64,000 nucleotides of DNA. It comes from Eukaryota sp. TZLM1-RC (lineage: Eukaryota; Protista; Metamonada: BaSk clade). Shown piece after piece: positions 21,726 through 32,123 of this stretch. Where the stretch lies: NCBI GenBank assembly GCA_040285825.1, contig JAUPSS010000002.1, positions 1,116,001-1,180,000 of the forward strand, given 5' to 3'. A model generated the notes under the pieces. That model saw only the letters and a program-made list of their open reading frames with translations, was not told where the DNA came from and searched no databases. The translations under genes and the position numbers were made by a program. Each line of letters starts with the position of its first letter. Positions within the stretch are counted from its first letter, which is position 1.

Positions 21726-23720
21726 TCAATTTAAATTTTCATAAATATTCAACAATTCTGGGGGCAAATCACCTACTTCATCCTCCCAAGCACCATTTAA
21801 TATTGCAAACTTGGTATTCTCTATTTGCTGGTTGACTGAATCGGCACCATCAAAATCATCATTTTCCACAAATATTTGCAATTGACTTTCCAATTCATCT
21901 AGACTTTCTAATAAAGATTTTAAAGAAGCAGATTCTTGAACAACAGAAAAGAATTCCTTCAAAACAGCGGTTATTTGAATAAAGTGATTAAATGAATCAA
22001 ATTCTTCTACAATAAATATAGTTTCCAAGCATTTTGAAAACAATTGATTTCGTACCAAAGAAAAAGCTGAATTGCTATTAATTTCAAGATTTAAGTTTTT
22101 CAAAGAACAATCAACTTCAGTCAAATCATTCCTGAGCCTTTCCAAATCAGAAATTAATTGGTCTCGTGATTGATTCAAATTTTGAAGCTCCTGACTCACA
22201 ACTTTAGCTTCCTTAAATTTTCGCTCCTTTACAAATGAGCTCTTTTGTGTCTGTAATGCTTCAATATTTGAACTGACAGCTGTCAACTTGCAGCTCTGTG
22301 ACGAAATAACCTCGATTAGACCATTTTTCTTATTTTCAAGCATCATAATTTCATTTTTTAAAGCAAAGTGCTCGCTTCCAAGACTCTTGAACCTATCAAC
22401 CAAACTTACCAAGTCCTTACAATTATAAAGTAAGCTGTCAGGAATCACCATGTAGGAGTCATTAAGATCTCGAAGGGTTTCCAAGAACTCAAAATCAATT
22501 GTTTCCAAAATTGAAGGATTATTGGTCTGAAAAGCAGTGGAAATTAAACAAAACAGAGCATAAACACTGGCGATACATGTCTGTGAAAGATTTGAATTCA
22601 AAATAGCATGTTTTTCCGCCAAAAAGTTGTTCAATTTCTTAATCTCAGACTCTATTAATTGCTTTTTTTCCTCACAATGTTTAGCATTTTCCTCTAATTC
22701 AAGCTTTGGAGCCTTTAACAAAGATAATTCAGATTTTACACATTCAATATCATTAGAAACTTCATCAATTGAGGAATTAATTTGGTGTAATTCAGAACAA
22801 AAGGGTTGTTTAGCCAAATCTAAATTACTAAGAGCATTTATCTTCTCCATTTCTGCAATTTTCAATCCTTTTTTGGCTAATTCTACCTGCTTTTCCAACC
22901 AGTCAACCACAGACTGGGAAACTTTTACTTTTCTCTGACATAATTCATAGTACATCCGTTCATCAACAACAGCCTTGTCCATTCTTTCCTCTATACTACC
23001 CAGCTCTTGGTTAAGCTCAGCCTTGCTCTGGTTTAGTAAATGAATCCTTTCTTCTAGTTCAACTTCACCATCAAATGATAGTTGACTGGCTTTGAGGGTC
23101 AATTCTTCTGATTGATTGCCTAATTCGCTTACCTGTGAATGGAAACCTTCAATATACTCCTGAACCTGACCTCCTTCAGCATCCAAGGCCATAAAATCAG
23201 ACTCTAGCTCAAGCAAATCACCAGAATAGTCGTCCAATAACCCACATAATGAATCAACATTGGGAGGATTGCTAATTAAAGCTTGGTACAATGCAGAGGT
23301 GTCTACTGACTTTGCTGGGGGAAGAATTCGAGGGAGTTCAGTAGATGTAAGGGTAGGTTCAGTTGAAAGTTGAGTGTTAGCGATACTAAATGAGGATTCT
23401 TCATGAGCATCAGAATCAACAAAATCAAAGCTTGAAGGTTCGCCATCATTAATGAATGAGAAGGACGGTTCTGGAGAACCACTGCTCTTTTCACTGTGTT
23501 CATAATCAATGCTATCTTCTTGTTGGAAGTCAAGTTCTAATGACTCATTGGCTGCAACTTCATCAACTACAAAGCCGAAGCCATGTGTGGTTGGTTCTTT
23601 AGTGAAGTCATTATCATCATTAACAAAAGAGAAGCCTCCTTCATCATTGTCTGAAGTAAGGTTGGTGTCAGATATTGTTTCTGCAGGTTCTGATAGTTCA
23701 AGTCCAGAGAAGAGAGACAT
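21726..23720 (-). CDS. Acidic coiled-coil protein with UVR-like motifs
   Basis: 664 aa intact ORF with N-terminal SLFSGL and F-S-F-[IV] repeats, and motifs FVKERKFKEAKVVSQELQ and FVENDDFDGADSVNQQIE. Confidence 0.75.
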   Translation of the reverse strand: MSLFSGLELSEPAETISDTNLTSDNDEGGFSFVNDDNDFTKEPTTHGFGFVVDEVAANESLELDFQQEDSIDYEHSEKSSGSPEPSFSFINDGEPSSFDFVDSDAHEESSFSIANTQLSTEPTLTSTELPRILPPAKSVDTSALYQALISNPPNVDSLCGLLDDYSGDLLELESDFMALDAEGGQVQEYIEGFHSQVSELGNQSEELTLKASQLSFDGEVELEERIHLLNQSKAELNQELGSIEERMDKAVVDERMYYELCQRKVKVSQSVVDWLEKQVELAKKGLKIAEMEKINALSNLDLAKQPFCSELHQINSSIDEVSNDIECVKSELSLLKAPKLELEENAKHCEEKKQLIESEIKKLNNFLAEKHAILNSNLSQTCIASVYALFCLISTAFQTNNPSILETIDFEFLETLRDLNDSYMVIPDSLLYNCKDLVSLVDRFKSLGSEHFALKNEIMMLENKKNGLIEVISSQSCKLTAVSSNIEALQTQKSSFVKERKFKEAKVVSQELQNLNQSRDQLISDLERLRNDLTEVDCSLKNLNLEINSNSAFSLVRNQLFSKCLETIFIVEEFDSFNHFIQITAVLKEFFSVVQESASLKSLLESLDELESQLQIFVENDDFDGADSVNQQIENTKFAILNGAWEDEVGDLPPELLNIYENLN

Positions 23721-25790
23721 TTGGTGTCTGTGAAATTCACTCCTGTTTTCAACTTTCTCAATGTCTACTCACAGGCTGTAAAAGACATGTAGCGTCATTT
23801 GACAAAGACAATCATGATCTTTATCAATGGGCTACCTCACTTAAATACACCTACTGCTTTCACAGAACAAAGCCTCGCGACTTGATGTATCTAAGTGGAT
23901 CTACCAAATTCTACTAAGGCATTTGTAGATCGGTCTCAAAAGTTATTTTTTCTGTATGCCTCAGCAGAGCTTCTGGGCAAATGTATCTTTCCACCGACAA
24001 TTCCGCTTTCTTCTTAATTTGAATATTTTTTGTAGCGGAAATATCTCTGCCATATACTATTTGACACTCGTCCTTTTGATAACACAACCATTTTCCATTT
24101 TCTGAAAGCCCTTGCTGATCCATATCGATTGACTTTTCGGTAATGAGAAGCTAAATTAGCAGAACTTACAGCAAGATAGAGTTTTCAGGATGTCCAGCCA
24201 GCCTTTGAGATTTCTTGAGACTCTCTCTCTGAACCGTCTCTCTTTTCGTCTGCGGTTATCAAATTTAATTATTTTCCATTTCTGGCGATTACTTTCCAAA
24301 TACACTTTCCTCCTGACCAAATTCCAATGGTTCAAATATTGGTTGGGAGAGTGTTTACTGGGTGAAGGTTTTGTCATGTATCTTCTGCCAGTTGGACAAG
24401 GGATAACTCCACATTGATAATCATTTAAGAAGTAACCACATAATCTTGATTGGCCCAGATCAACGCCAATAAGGGGCCTTTCAGGTAAAATTTCGACTGG
24501 ATGTCTACATCTTCGACGGGGCATTTTTTAGTGCCCTTCAACTGTGTTTCTCTTGTTTTGTTGGCATCAGGGCAACTTTTTATTTCCTTTTTTAATCTTC
24601 GTTTCTTTTTCGGTGATTCATCCAGCTCATCTGTGTTTTCTGAGTCATTGTTTTTACCTTCAAAGGTCAAAAGCAGTTCATTACCAATAGTTTTCAATAA
24701 AAAATTTTTAAACCTATTTTTCAAACTTTTTCTGTTGATATTAAATTTTAGGTAAGGACATGTATTTTTGATGAACTTTGTTTTGGAAGATGATCCTTCA
24801 ATAAGTGGAAATTTTTTCACAGAGTGGAAAGCATGTGAAGGTACCTCAATAAATTTAGAACCTTGATGAGAAGCTAAAGATAATATTGTAACTTTCTTCC
24901 AGCAATGCATATGAGAAAAAAACGAGTAAGTATTGTGAAATTTTAATATCAAAGAGAAAAGCTTACCAATTTCCTTTGATGAAACGGTGATTTTATCATG
25001 TGAAGACAGTAGAGAAGCAGTGGCAGGAAATCTTTGAAGTAGACTCAAGATAAACTTATATGCATTTAATAAAAAAAATCTGTTTCTTGAATTATTCAAA
25101 TTGAAATTGATGTAGTGTTCGAGAACAGAATCAACAATTACTTCTTCGGATTGCTCATTTTCTGTTCTTACACTAGCTTCTAAAGGTGCCCAGGGTTCAT
25201 CTGGTATAAGAGAGAGAAGATAATTGGTGAAGAGATTCGTTTTATCCAGGCCTCTGCGATGAGCACGAATGTAGTATTTTGTCCAGGATTGAGAAATTTT
25301 AGGTAAACTTGTCTCAACGTTAGAAGCCAATTGACGAGCCGGACAAGTAAGGTAAGGAGATAGCCCTTTTCGATAGGTAAAATTACATCTGTGGGACTGC
25401 AGCCAAGCATTGAAGAAAATATTAAATGAATTTTATAAGGAATTAGAGAATTTTCCCATGAAGAAACAAGAGACCTATCTTGTGGGCATTCAGAAATCCA
25501 CTGTGAAAGATATGCAGTAATTGGCGTTGTCCTTTGCATGTGGTTGGCTTTGGAAAAGAACCAGTGGTGATGACGGTCATAAAAAGATACCATACATCTT
25601 GTTCCACTAAAGCTCTAGATGCTAACGGAAAATTTAGAAGAAAAGATTGCGGCAATAAAGAAGCTTCATGACAATTCTCGTTGACCAAAAGAAGGTCAGT
25701 CCGAATTTGTTGCACTGCTACAGGGGTCAGTAGCGAGTTAAGTGCACAAGACCGAGTGAATACACTTGACACAGAGGGGGTGTCTGACAT
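23721..25790 (-). mobile_element. Fanzor1 family-3 pseudogene (several frameshifts, RuvC-II region apparently deleted) plus ~190-nt 3' non-coding end
   Basis: Pieces in successive frames: N-terminus VFTRSCALNSLL...HEASLLPQSFLL (25790), a middle ORF at 24425-25330, RuvC-I PLIGVDLGQSRL (~24455) and RuvC-III WLCYQKDECQIVYGRDISATKNI (~24040). Confidence 0.7.
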
Positions 25791-26064
25791 GTAGTGAAAA
25801 TAAAGAGCTCATCTTTCAAATTTTATATTTGTCACCCCATTTTCGACTTCTGGTTGTCTGTTCTGGGAGGTCTTTAACCCTCAACTTGGTTTTGGGAGGT
25901 TTTCGCTATTCCCACACTTTCCCCTCACTTCATAAACTAGGTTCTTATTTCCCTCACTTACCTTCTTTTCTGAGCTTTAGGACTCCCCCTGTACTCTTTT
26001 TACTGGTTTTTCTACTCATTTTTGATTCATTTTTACCTTATACCTATTCAAACTGAAGATACAA

Positions 26065-26383
26065 AGAAGAAAGTCTCAGATAATACTGCTCCTCCTCGTG
26101 AATGAGCCTATATTGATAGTCTTTCATTAGAAGAAGCAAAATGGGATGTTCAAGCTGGTTGTCTCGATGCATCAGAACCCCAGCTACTTTTGGATGAAAT
26201 TCCAGAGTTTTATTTAAGGGCCACGACCTTCGATAAACAAACCCAAAACCCTAAGGAATTTTTCGAGTGTCCTGTCTATTCAACATCCATTGGGGGTCCT
26301 ACTTTTGTTTGGTTGTTTACCTTCGTACCAGAGCTCCAGTTTCTAAGTGGAGGCTTGCAGGAACAGCATTGTTATTGAGTTAG
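26065..26383 (+). pseudogene. Fragment of dynein heavy chain C-terminus
   Basis: APPRE*AYIDSLSLEEAKWD...FECPVYSTSIGGPTFVWLFT, then a frameshift to LRTRAPVSKWRLAGTALLLS*, followed by a 3'UTR-like TGTA/AATAAA segment. Confidence 0.8.
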
Positions 26384-26868
26384 TTTTTTGTATTATTATT
26401 TTAGAAGAATTAATTGCATATTAAATAAATCAATGGTTTATTTCCTAGTGTTCAAATGGATTCAAAGAATGAGCAAAGACATCTTTGTTAGCTTCCTGAT
26501 AAGGAATCAACATTAGTGATGGAGTCGCATCAGCAGTCTTTGTTGTTTTTGTGTTACTGTAATAATACCCAATATCCGAACAATACCCAGCAGGTGCTTG
26601 TAATGCCCTTAGTATTTCCATTTCCAATGTGAATCATTTGTATTGACCTAAATGTAAGGCTGGTTTTGGTTTTTCTGTTCTTGCCCTATTGAAATTTCCT
26701 TAAAGAACATCAACTTCAGAAATAACACATTTTGCAAAATTCTTTTAACAAGTCTTTTAACAAGTCCGATGAGACCATTTTATCAAACTAGGCCGAATCG
26801 TTGACTAATCTGAAGTAAAAACTAAAATTCAAACCTAAACCTAAAATTCATCCACAGAATCAAATTCA

Positions 26869-27137
26869 TTACTTCCTGCCAATCTGAGGTGATTAGATCA
26901 CTCCAAACATTGTACATCATTCTCCTACCATAACGGGGCCGGCTTAATGCCCCCAAAAATCGTAACATTACAGGACCTTGCTTAGCCTTTTTATTAACCT
27001 TCTATGTTTTCATTAAATACAGCACTAAAACCAACAGACGAAAGTACCTTCCACACAAAAAACACAGAATTTTGTGTTTCACTATTGCACGACTTGACTC
27101 AGAATTGCTGGATGGATTAAAGCATCTGAAAATGAAA
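26869..27137 (+). repeat. Inverted, block-permuted copy of the kinesin 5' region (2237-2351 and 2375-2505)
   Basis: 26869-26983 is the reverse complement of ~2237-2351 (upstream region + first ~12 codons). 27006-27137 is the reverse complement of ~2375-2505. The block order is swapped relative to the source. Confidence 0.9.
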
Positions 27138-27849
27138 ATATATTAAAATAATATAAATTTTTGGAAATTCCTGCTGTGAATATTACTTATCATGCATTCC
27201 TTATTCATTGGTAAAAAATCAACTAGAATTTCTCATGTGTGGATTTCATTCCGGAAGAAAAGCCCAGAAATATTGTTCACCCATTTTCAACTTACCTATG
27301 ACATTTACTTTATCAGATTTCATTTACATAGACGTTATCTCTACAAAGAAGGCTGCATCAGAAAATTCAAAATTACGTGCTCTCCATAGTCATTTGGTCC
27401 TTGCTGAAAGTCAAAGCGTAAAATGTTTACCCTTCTGAGAAAACTCAACAGTGTATTGTGATTCTGGGTGTATATGTTTTTCTTTGTCCTTCGCAATTCT
27501 CTTAAAATGTTCGATAAGCTTGGAACACATTCAATTGCCATTTGTTGGCGCCTCAAAGCTAATATAATATGATTAGAATATAAATCTACTTTTCCTCATT
27601 CATATTATCTCAGACTTTCTTTAATCATTTAGACTTACGTCAACACATTGACAGTCAATTTTGAATTTCGTTTCTCAAAACGTCTCTCAATTTTATCCAT
27701 TCCATATTTGACTTCTGATTTGAAAGAATTACAGAAGGAGCCTTCAATCAATCAAGACTTAATTTGAAAAGCTCATGATTAGATTGATTTTTATTCAGAA
27801 AAAGTTCCTGAAGATGCAGTAATGAAACACTACAGTTTTTCGTCATTTC

Positions 27850-28950
27850 TATTTATTGAAAACGATATTTCATTTTGTTAGAAAACTGACTACTTTCACT
27901 ATTAATGTAACAGTGACTACTATCGATAAAATTAAAGAACTATTAAACGTTAATAAAGTTATTAAAACAATCAAAGAAATATATCCTAATTCCCAAGACA
28001 AGGAATTACAGACAGAAAATGCTTTTTTTGAACTACAGTTGCGGAAAAACTGGTTAACATTACTCTACGTCTTGTCAAGCACTAACAGTTTTAATGTCGA
28101 ATTGACAACCTTGGAATTAAGTTTCTGGTCTACAAATTGGATCCAATAATTTGTCTAATCTTGGCTTGAGGAAGAATTGTTTTTATTTTATTAATAGTAA
28201 ATTATTGACTTATTCGTTTTTATCTATTTAAGTCAGTAACATTTATTTACAAACAACATTAAAGAGGCCACAAATATGTAGAGTTTTGAACAACAAAGAA
28301 TTTTTAATGGCAAATAATAGTTATTAGAGATCAAACCACACTACTGAAGTTCAGCTAAACTTCGATTCTTATTACATAAAGAAAGTATAAAAAAAGCAAG
28401 TATGCGTTGCTTCAAGTAGAGCAAAAACTAAGCAGACCTCAGTAAAAAATCCCCTCCTGTATATTTTACATCAACAACAAATGTGCTTCTTCCAGCAGTA
28501 CCATAAACTGGTATACCAATTGGTAATTCAGTGGTCTGTTGAGTGACTACCGTTCTCTATATGGACTACAGTTGCGGAGAAACTTTCTCAAGCCTTCAAT
28601 GGAATTGACGTCAATGACATTGATAATAATGTCGAAAGAAATACTTCAACAAAGAATGAAGTACAAATTATTAATTCAATAAAAAGAAACTGTTCCACAA
28701 TCACAATTACTCATGACAGTAGAGGCTTTTTCTCCGAAAATGATATGATTATTAATAATAAATACTATGTAGAAATAAGGTCTGGAGTATTCACTTCAAT
28801 GTCTGGCCATTCTCCCTACAAAATAAATGTTGCGAACTGGCTAACATTATTCTACGCCTTAACAAGCACTAACAATTTTAGTGTGGAATTGACAACCGTG
28901 GAATTGAGTCTCTGGTTGAGACAGTGGATCCAATAGTCTAGCCTTGGCTT
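27850..28950 (+). pseudogene. Degenerate fragments of a repetitive gene family with internal duplication
   Basis: NWLTLLYVLSSTNSFNVELTTLELSFWSTNWIQ* (28045-28149) is duplicated as NWLTLFYALTSTNNFSVELTTVELSLWLRQWIQ* (28835-28936). No intact ORF. Confidence 0.45.
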
Positions 28951-29580
28951 GAGATTTGGATAGTTCAGACTTTGTTTCCTCAAGTTGAGATTCAGTCAGT
29001 GTAGCATTAAGTGGTACTGCTGTGTGAGACACTGTGCGGCTTCAATAGCTTGTTGGGACTCTTCTTTACTTGCTTTATGATGAGATTGGAGACGGGAGAG
29101 GGTGCGTTCGCAAGCAGCATAATTTTGATAAAAGTGATATTGCTCGGAGCGCAATAGAGCATTCTCATCAGAAAAAGTTTGTGTGGAAAAATGGAGCACA
29201 TCAAAAATGAGAGCAACAATGTTTGGCTGTAATTGTGCCAATTATTGGCAAGACAATTTGAGATGGTGGCATATATGGTTGAGAAATATGGGGTAAGTAG
29301 CAGCAAAAAAGAAGTGACGAAATGAAATTCAAATGCGAATAAGAGAAATGGTAACCACACAACCAAACTCCATTCACCAACTTTTGCATCATGTAGTTCT
29401 TTTTTGAAGAAAGGAGAACATTCAAAATGTAACCTTGAGCGATATGTATTATCAATAAACATTTCAAACTAACTTTACTTTGAATTGACAGCTATAAGTC
29501 TGGTTGATTTCACCAGATTTTCAAATTAAGGAAATCAATTGTTAATCATTTCTCACTGTTTCCCTTCTTTGTTGACTGTC

Positions 29581-31757
29581 ATGAATAACGCTCTACAAAC
29601 CACAACTGTCGGAGCGTCTGGTAACCAGTTCTTTGGCTCAGAGCCACGAGAAGCTATGGAACGCCAGTCCCAAGTTCTCCCAGTATTGAAGGCTCATGCT
29701 ACTCACCTAGCACGACTCTTTGTGCTCCAATACCCAGAATACTCTATGTGGCTTACTCAAGGCCAGTTCTGGAGCCTCTGTTTCGACTTTGTTTGTGAAA
29801 GAGAATCCAAACAAAGGAGGCAATTTGAAAAACATGCTCTGGTTTTTCAAGCACTGCAACATCTCGTTCAGTAATTCTGGTCTTGGCACCCACTGAATGA
29901 AATTACGTCAGCCGATGGTGGTAAATTCAGATACCATTCCAGTATGCATGGCAGTCGAAGGATTCAACTGAGGAAAGTCTTTTGCCAGCTGTTGGCTGAC
30001 GGCCCTGTCGTTTGGAAAAATAACTTTTCAAGAGCTGTGTCATGTGTCTCAATTAGTCCTAAAAAGTACGCCGAGTGTGTACTTCAAGATTTTCAGCAAT
30101 GCACGAGCATATTTTGACTCATTGGCTAAATATGACAGCAAATGCCTATATTGGTGGGGGTCGAAATATGTTGGAAACCTCAATCAGAAATGAACGATGT
30201 ACCATTAATATGGAAACTGCCGGCCAAATTTTTCAGTCAGGACTGAATAATTTATCTTTCGTAGAAGAAAACTGCCCTGAGGTTATGAAAAGGCACTCTC
30301 TCTCGCCTTTATCCCGTTGCTCTCCATGCTTCTGTAGTTTGGATACAAAGTCGAGTTTTATTTTACAAAGCTAAATGAAACCAAAGAGCTGCTGAAAAAA
30401 CCCTTATCGGTTTTTAATATATATAAATTTATCAACTACCATTTTTTCGAATGGTGATTCTTTGTGGTTCATGTTCACCCAGAAATCGAAAAAAACTTGT
30501 AGTGGCCCGACTAAAGCGGAACTTAAGTCGAGACGTGTCTCTGGAAATTATGATTTTCATAACTCTGAAACGAAAAGAAAATATAATGTACATAGAAAAG
30601 CTAATCCACATCAAAGACCACGGTTACCAGTGGAAGAACAGCCCAATTATCGACATCCTGATGAAAATTTGTTTTTTGTTAGCCATTTGTGGTAGACTAT
30701 TGGTTCTTTCCGAAATTCTGCACACTTATATGAGGGTTCAGGCCTGCTGCTAAACCCAAAAGAACGAAAATCAAATCACCCTCCCCCTCTCACTCATGTA
30801 ACTCATAATGCTTATTCCGCTCAGAGCTTCCAAGAATATCTGATTGAAATAGGTTTACATTATGTTTCAGAATCTGAGGAATGTCTAAATATTCTTCAAC
30901 TATGTGTGGAAACCTGCAGCGTGGTGCAAGAAAAAAAATTAGAAGAGATAAGTTTGATTTTTTCATACGAAGACAAAAGAGACTAACTGGTCTTATTAAC
31001 AAAACTAAACGCTCATCAATTAAAGCTACCAATTTTACATATTATGACCGACAAACTTCTTCTTGAAAATCATGATTGTCTTCAACATCACTTCACTTAA
31101 TACCCCATCAAAATTGACTGCATACTAAGAGACTATAGATTAGAGATCAACAGCCAGTGGAAGAACAGCCCTATTATCGAGATCCTGATGAAAATTTGCT
31201 TTTTTAGCCATTGATCCCAACCACAGCAATCTTTGTAATTAGACTACTGGTTCTTTCCGAAATTCTGCACATGTATTTGAAAGTTCTGGCTTGCTACTAA
31301 ACCCAAAAGAACGAAAATAAAATCACCCTCCTCTTCTCACTCAAGCAAATCCTTATACTTATTCTGCTCAGAGCTTCCAAGAATATCTGATTGAAATAGG
31401 TTTACATTATGTTTCTGAATCTGAGGAATGTCTAAATATTCTTCAATTATGTGTAGAAACCTGCTTGGTGCAAAAAAAAACTTAGAAGAGATAAGTTTGA
31501 TTTTTTCATACGAAGACAAAAGAGACTAACTGGTCTTATTAAAAAAACTAAACGCTCATCAATTAGAGCTACCAATTTTACATATCATGACCGACAAACT
31601 TCTTCTTGAAAATCATGATTGTCTTCAACATCACTTCACTTAATACCCCATCAAAATTGACTGCATACTAAGAGACTATAGATTAGAGATCAACAGCCAG
31701 TGGAAAAACAGCCCTATTATCGAGATCCTGATGAAAATTTGCTTTTTTAGCCATTGA
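29581..31757 (+). mobile_element. Fanzor1 family-2 pseudogene, copy A (3' part replaced by a CRE fragment)
   Basis: HLARLFVLQYPEYSMWLTQGQFWSLCFDFV aligns with LLAKIFAVRFPEDSRFLTQPQLWIQFLDLV at 52150. RuvC-I LFLAIDPNHSNLC (31200) matches VFWAIDPNHSNLC (53040). DKFDFFIRRQKRLTGLINKTKR resembles NTLDFFIRKRKRFSSIINKVKK. Confidence 0.75.
30628..31757 (+). repeat. Tandem duplication (~527 and ~543 bp units plus a partial third) of the Fanzor RuvC-I region
   Basis: The anchor cagtggaa(g/a)aacagccc occurs at 30628, 31155 and 31698; units are highly similar with small indels. Confidence 0.9.
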
Positions 31758-31759
31758 TC

Positions 31760-31992
31760 ATTGACTTCAAAAAATGGTGCAAGAAAAAACAATGAAAAGA
31801 TTTGATATTTTTTTATGGCGTTCACGGATTCAATTTGCCATTATTAATAGATTACCACGGTTTTTCAATCGAATAAGAGAAGCTTTAGCTAGACAGCAAG
31901 CAGATCAAGATTTTGTAGATGAAATCTTGGTTCAAAGATAGTCGTCCCATTGGTATTGAGTTAATTGAATTAAGTGTGCAAATTCAATAAAT
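31760..31992 (+). mobile_element. CRE-like family A 3' end
   Basis: KMVQEKTMKRFDIFLWRSRIQFAIINRLPRFFNRIREALARQQADQDFVDEILVQ plus a 3'UTR ending gtgtgcaaattcaataaat. Confidence 0.85.
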
Positions 31993-32123
31993 GTTTAAAA
32001 ATTCAAAAAGAGAGCAGGGAAAGAATTGAACTTTAATTTCTGGTACAATAAAATTGTTTTCTGTTCAAACTCAAAAGATTTGATGATGTTGATACGTGTA
32101 TAGAGGATATTTAGTTCTAGTTT

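Noticed and set aside
24480-24530. Fanzor frameshifts as hidden 31-nt introns
   Set aside because: No fitting GT-AG segment was found; the shift is explained by a homopolymer indel, and larger deletions are also present.
28996-29467. Overlapping minus-strand ORFs next to the Fanzor start as a partner gene
   Set aside because: No transposase or other motif recognised, and not seen next to the other family-2 copy.
30628-31757. CRISPR-like array
   Set aside because: Units are ~530 bp duplicated coding fragments with no unique spacers.
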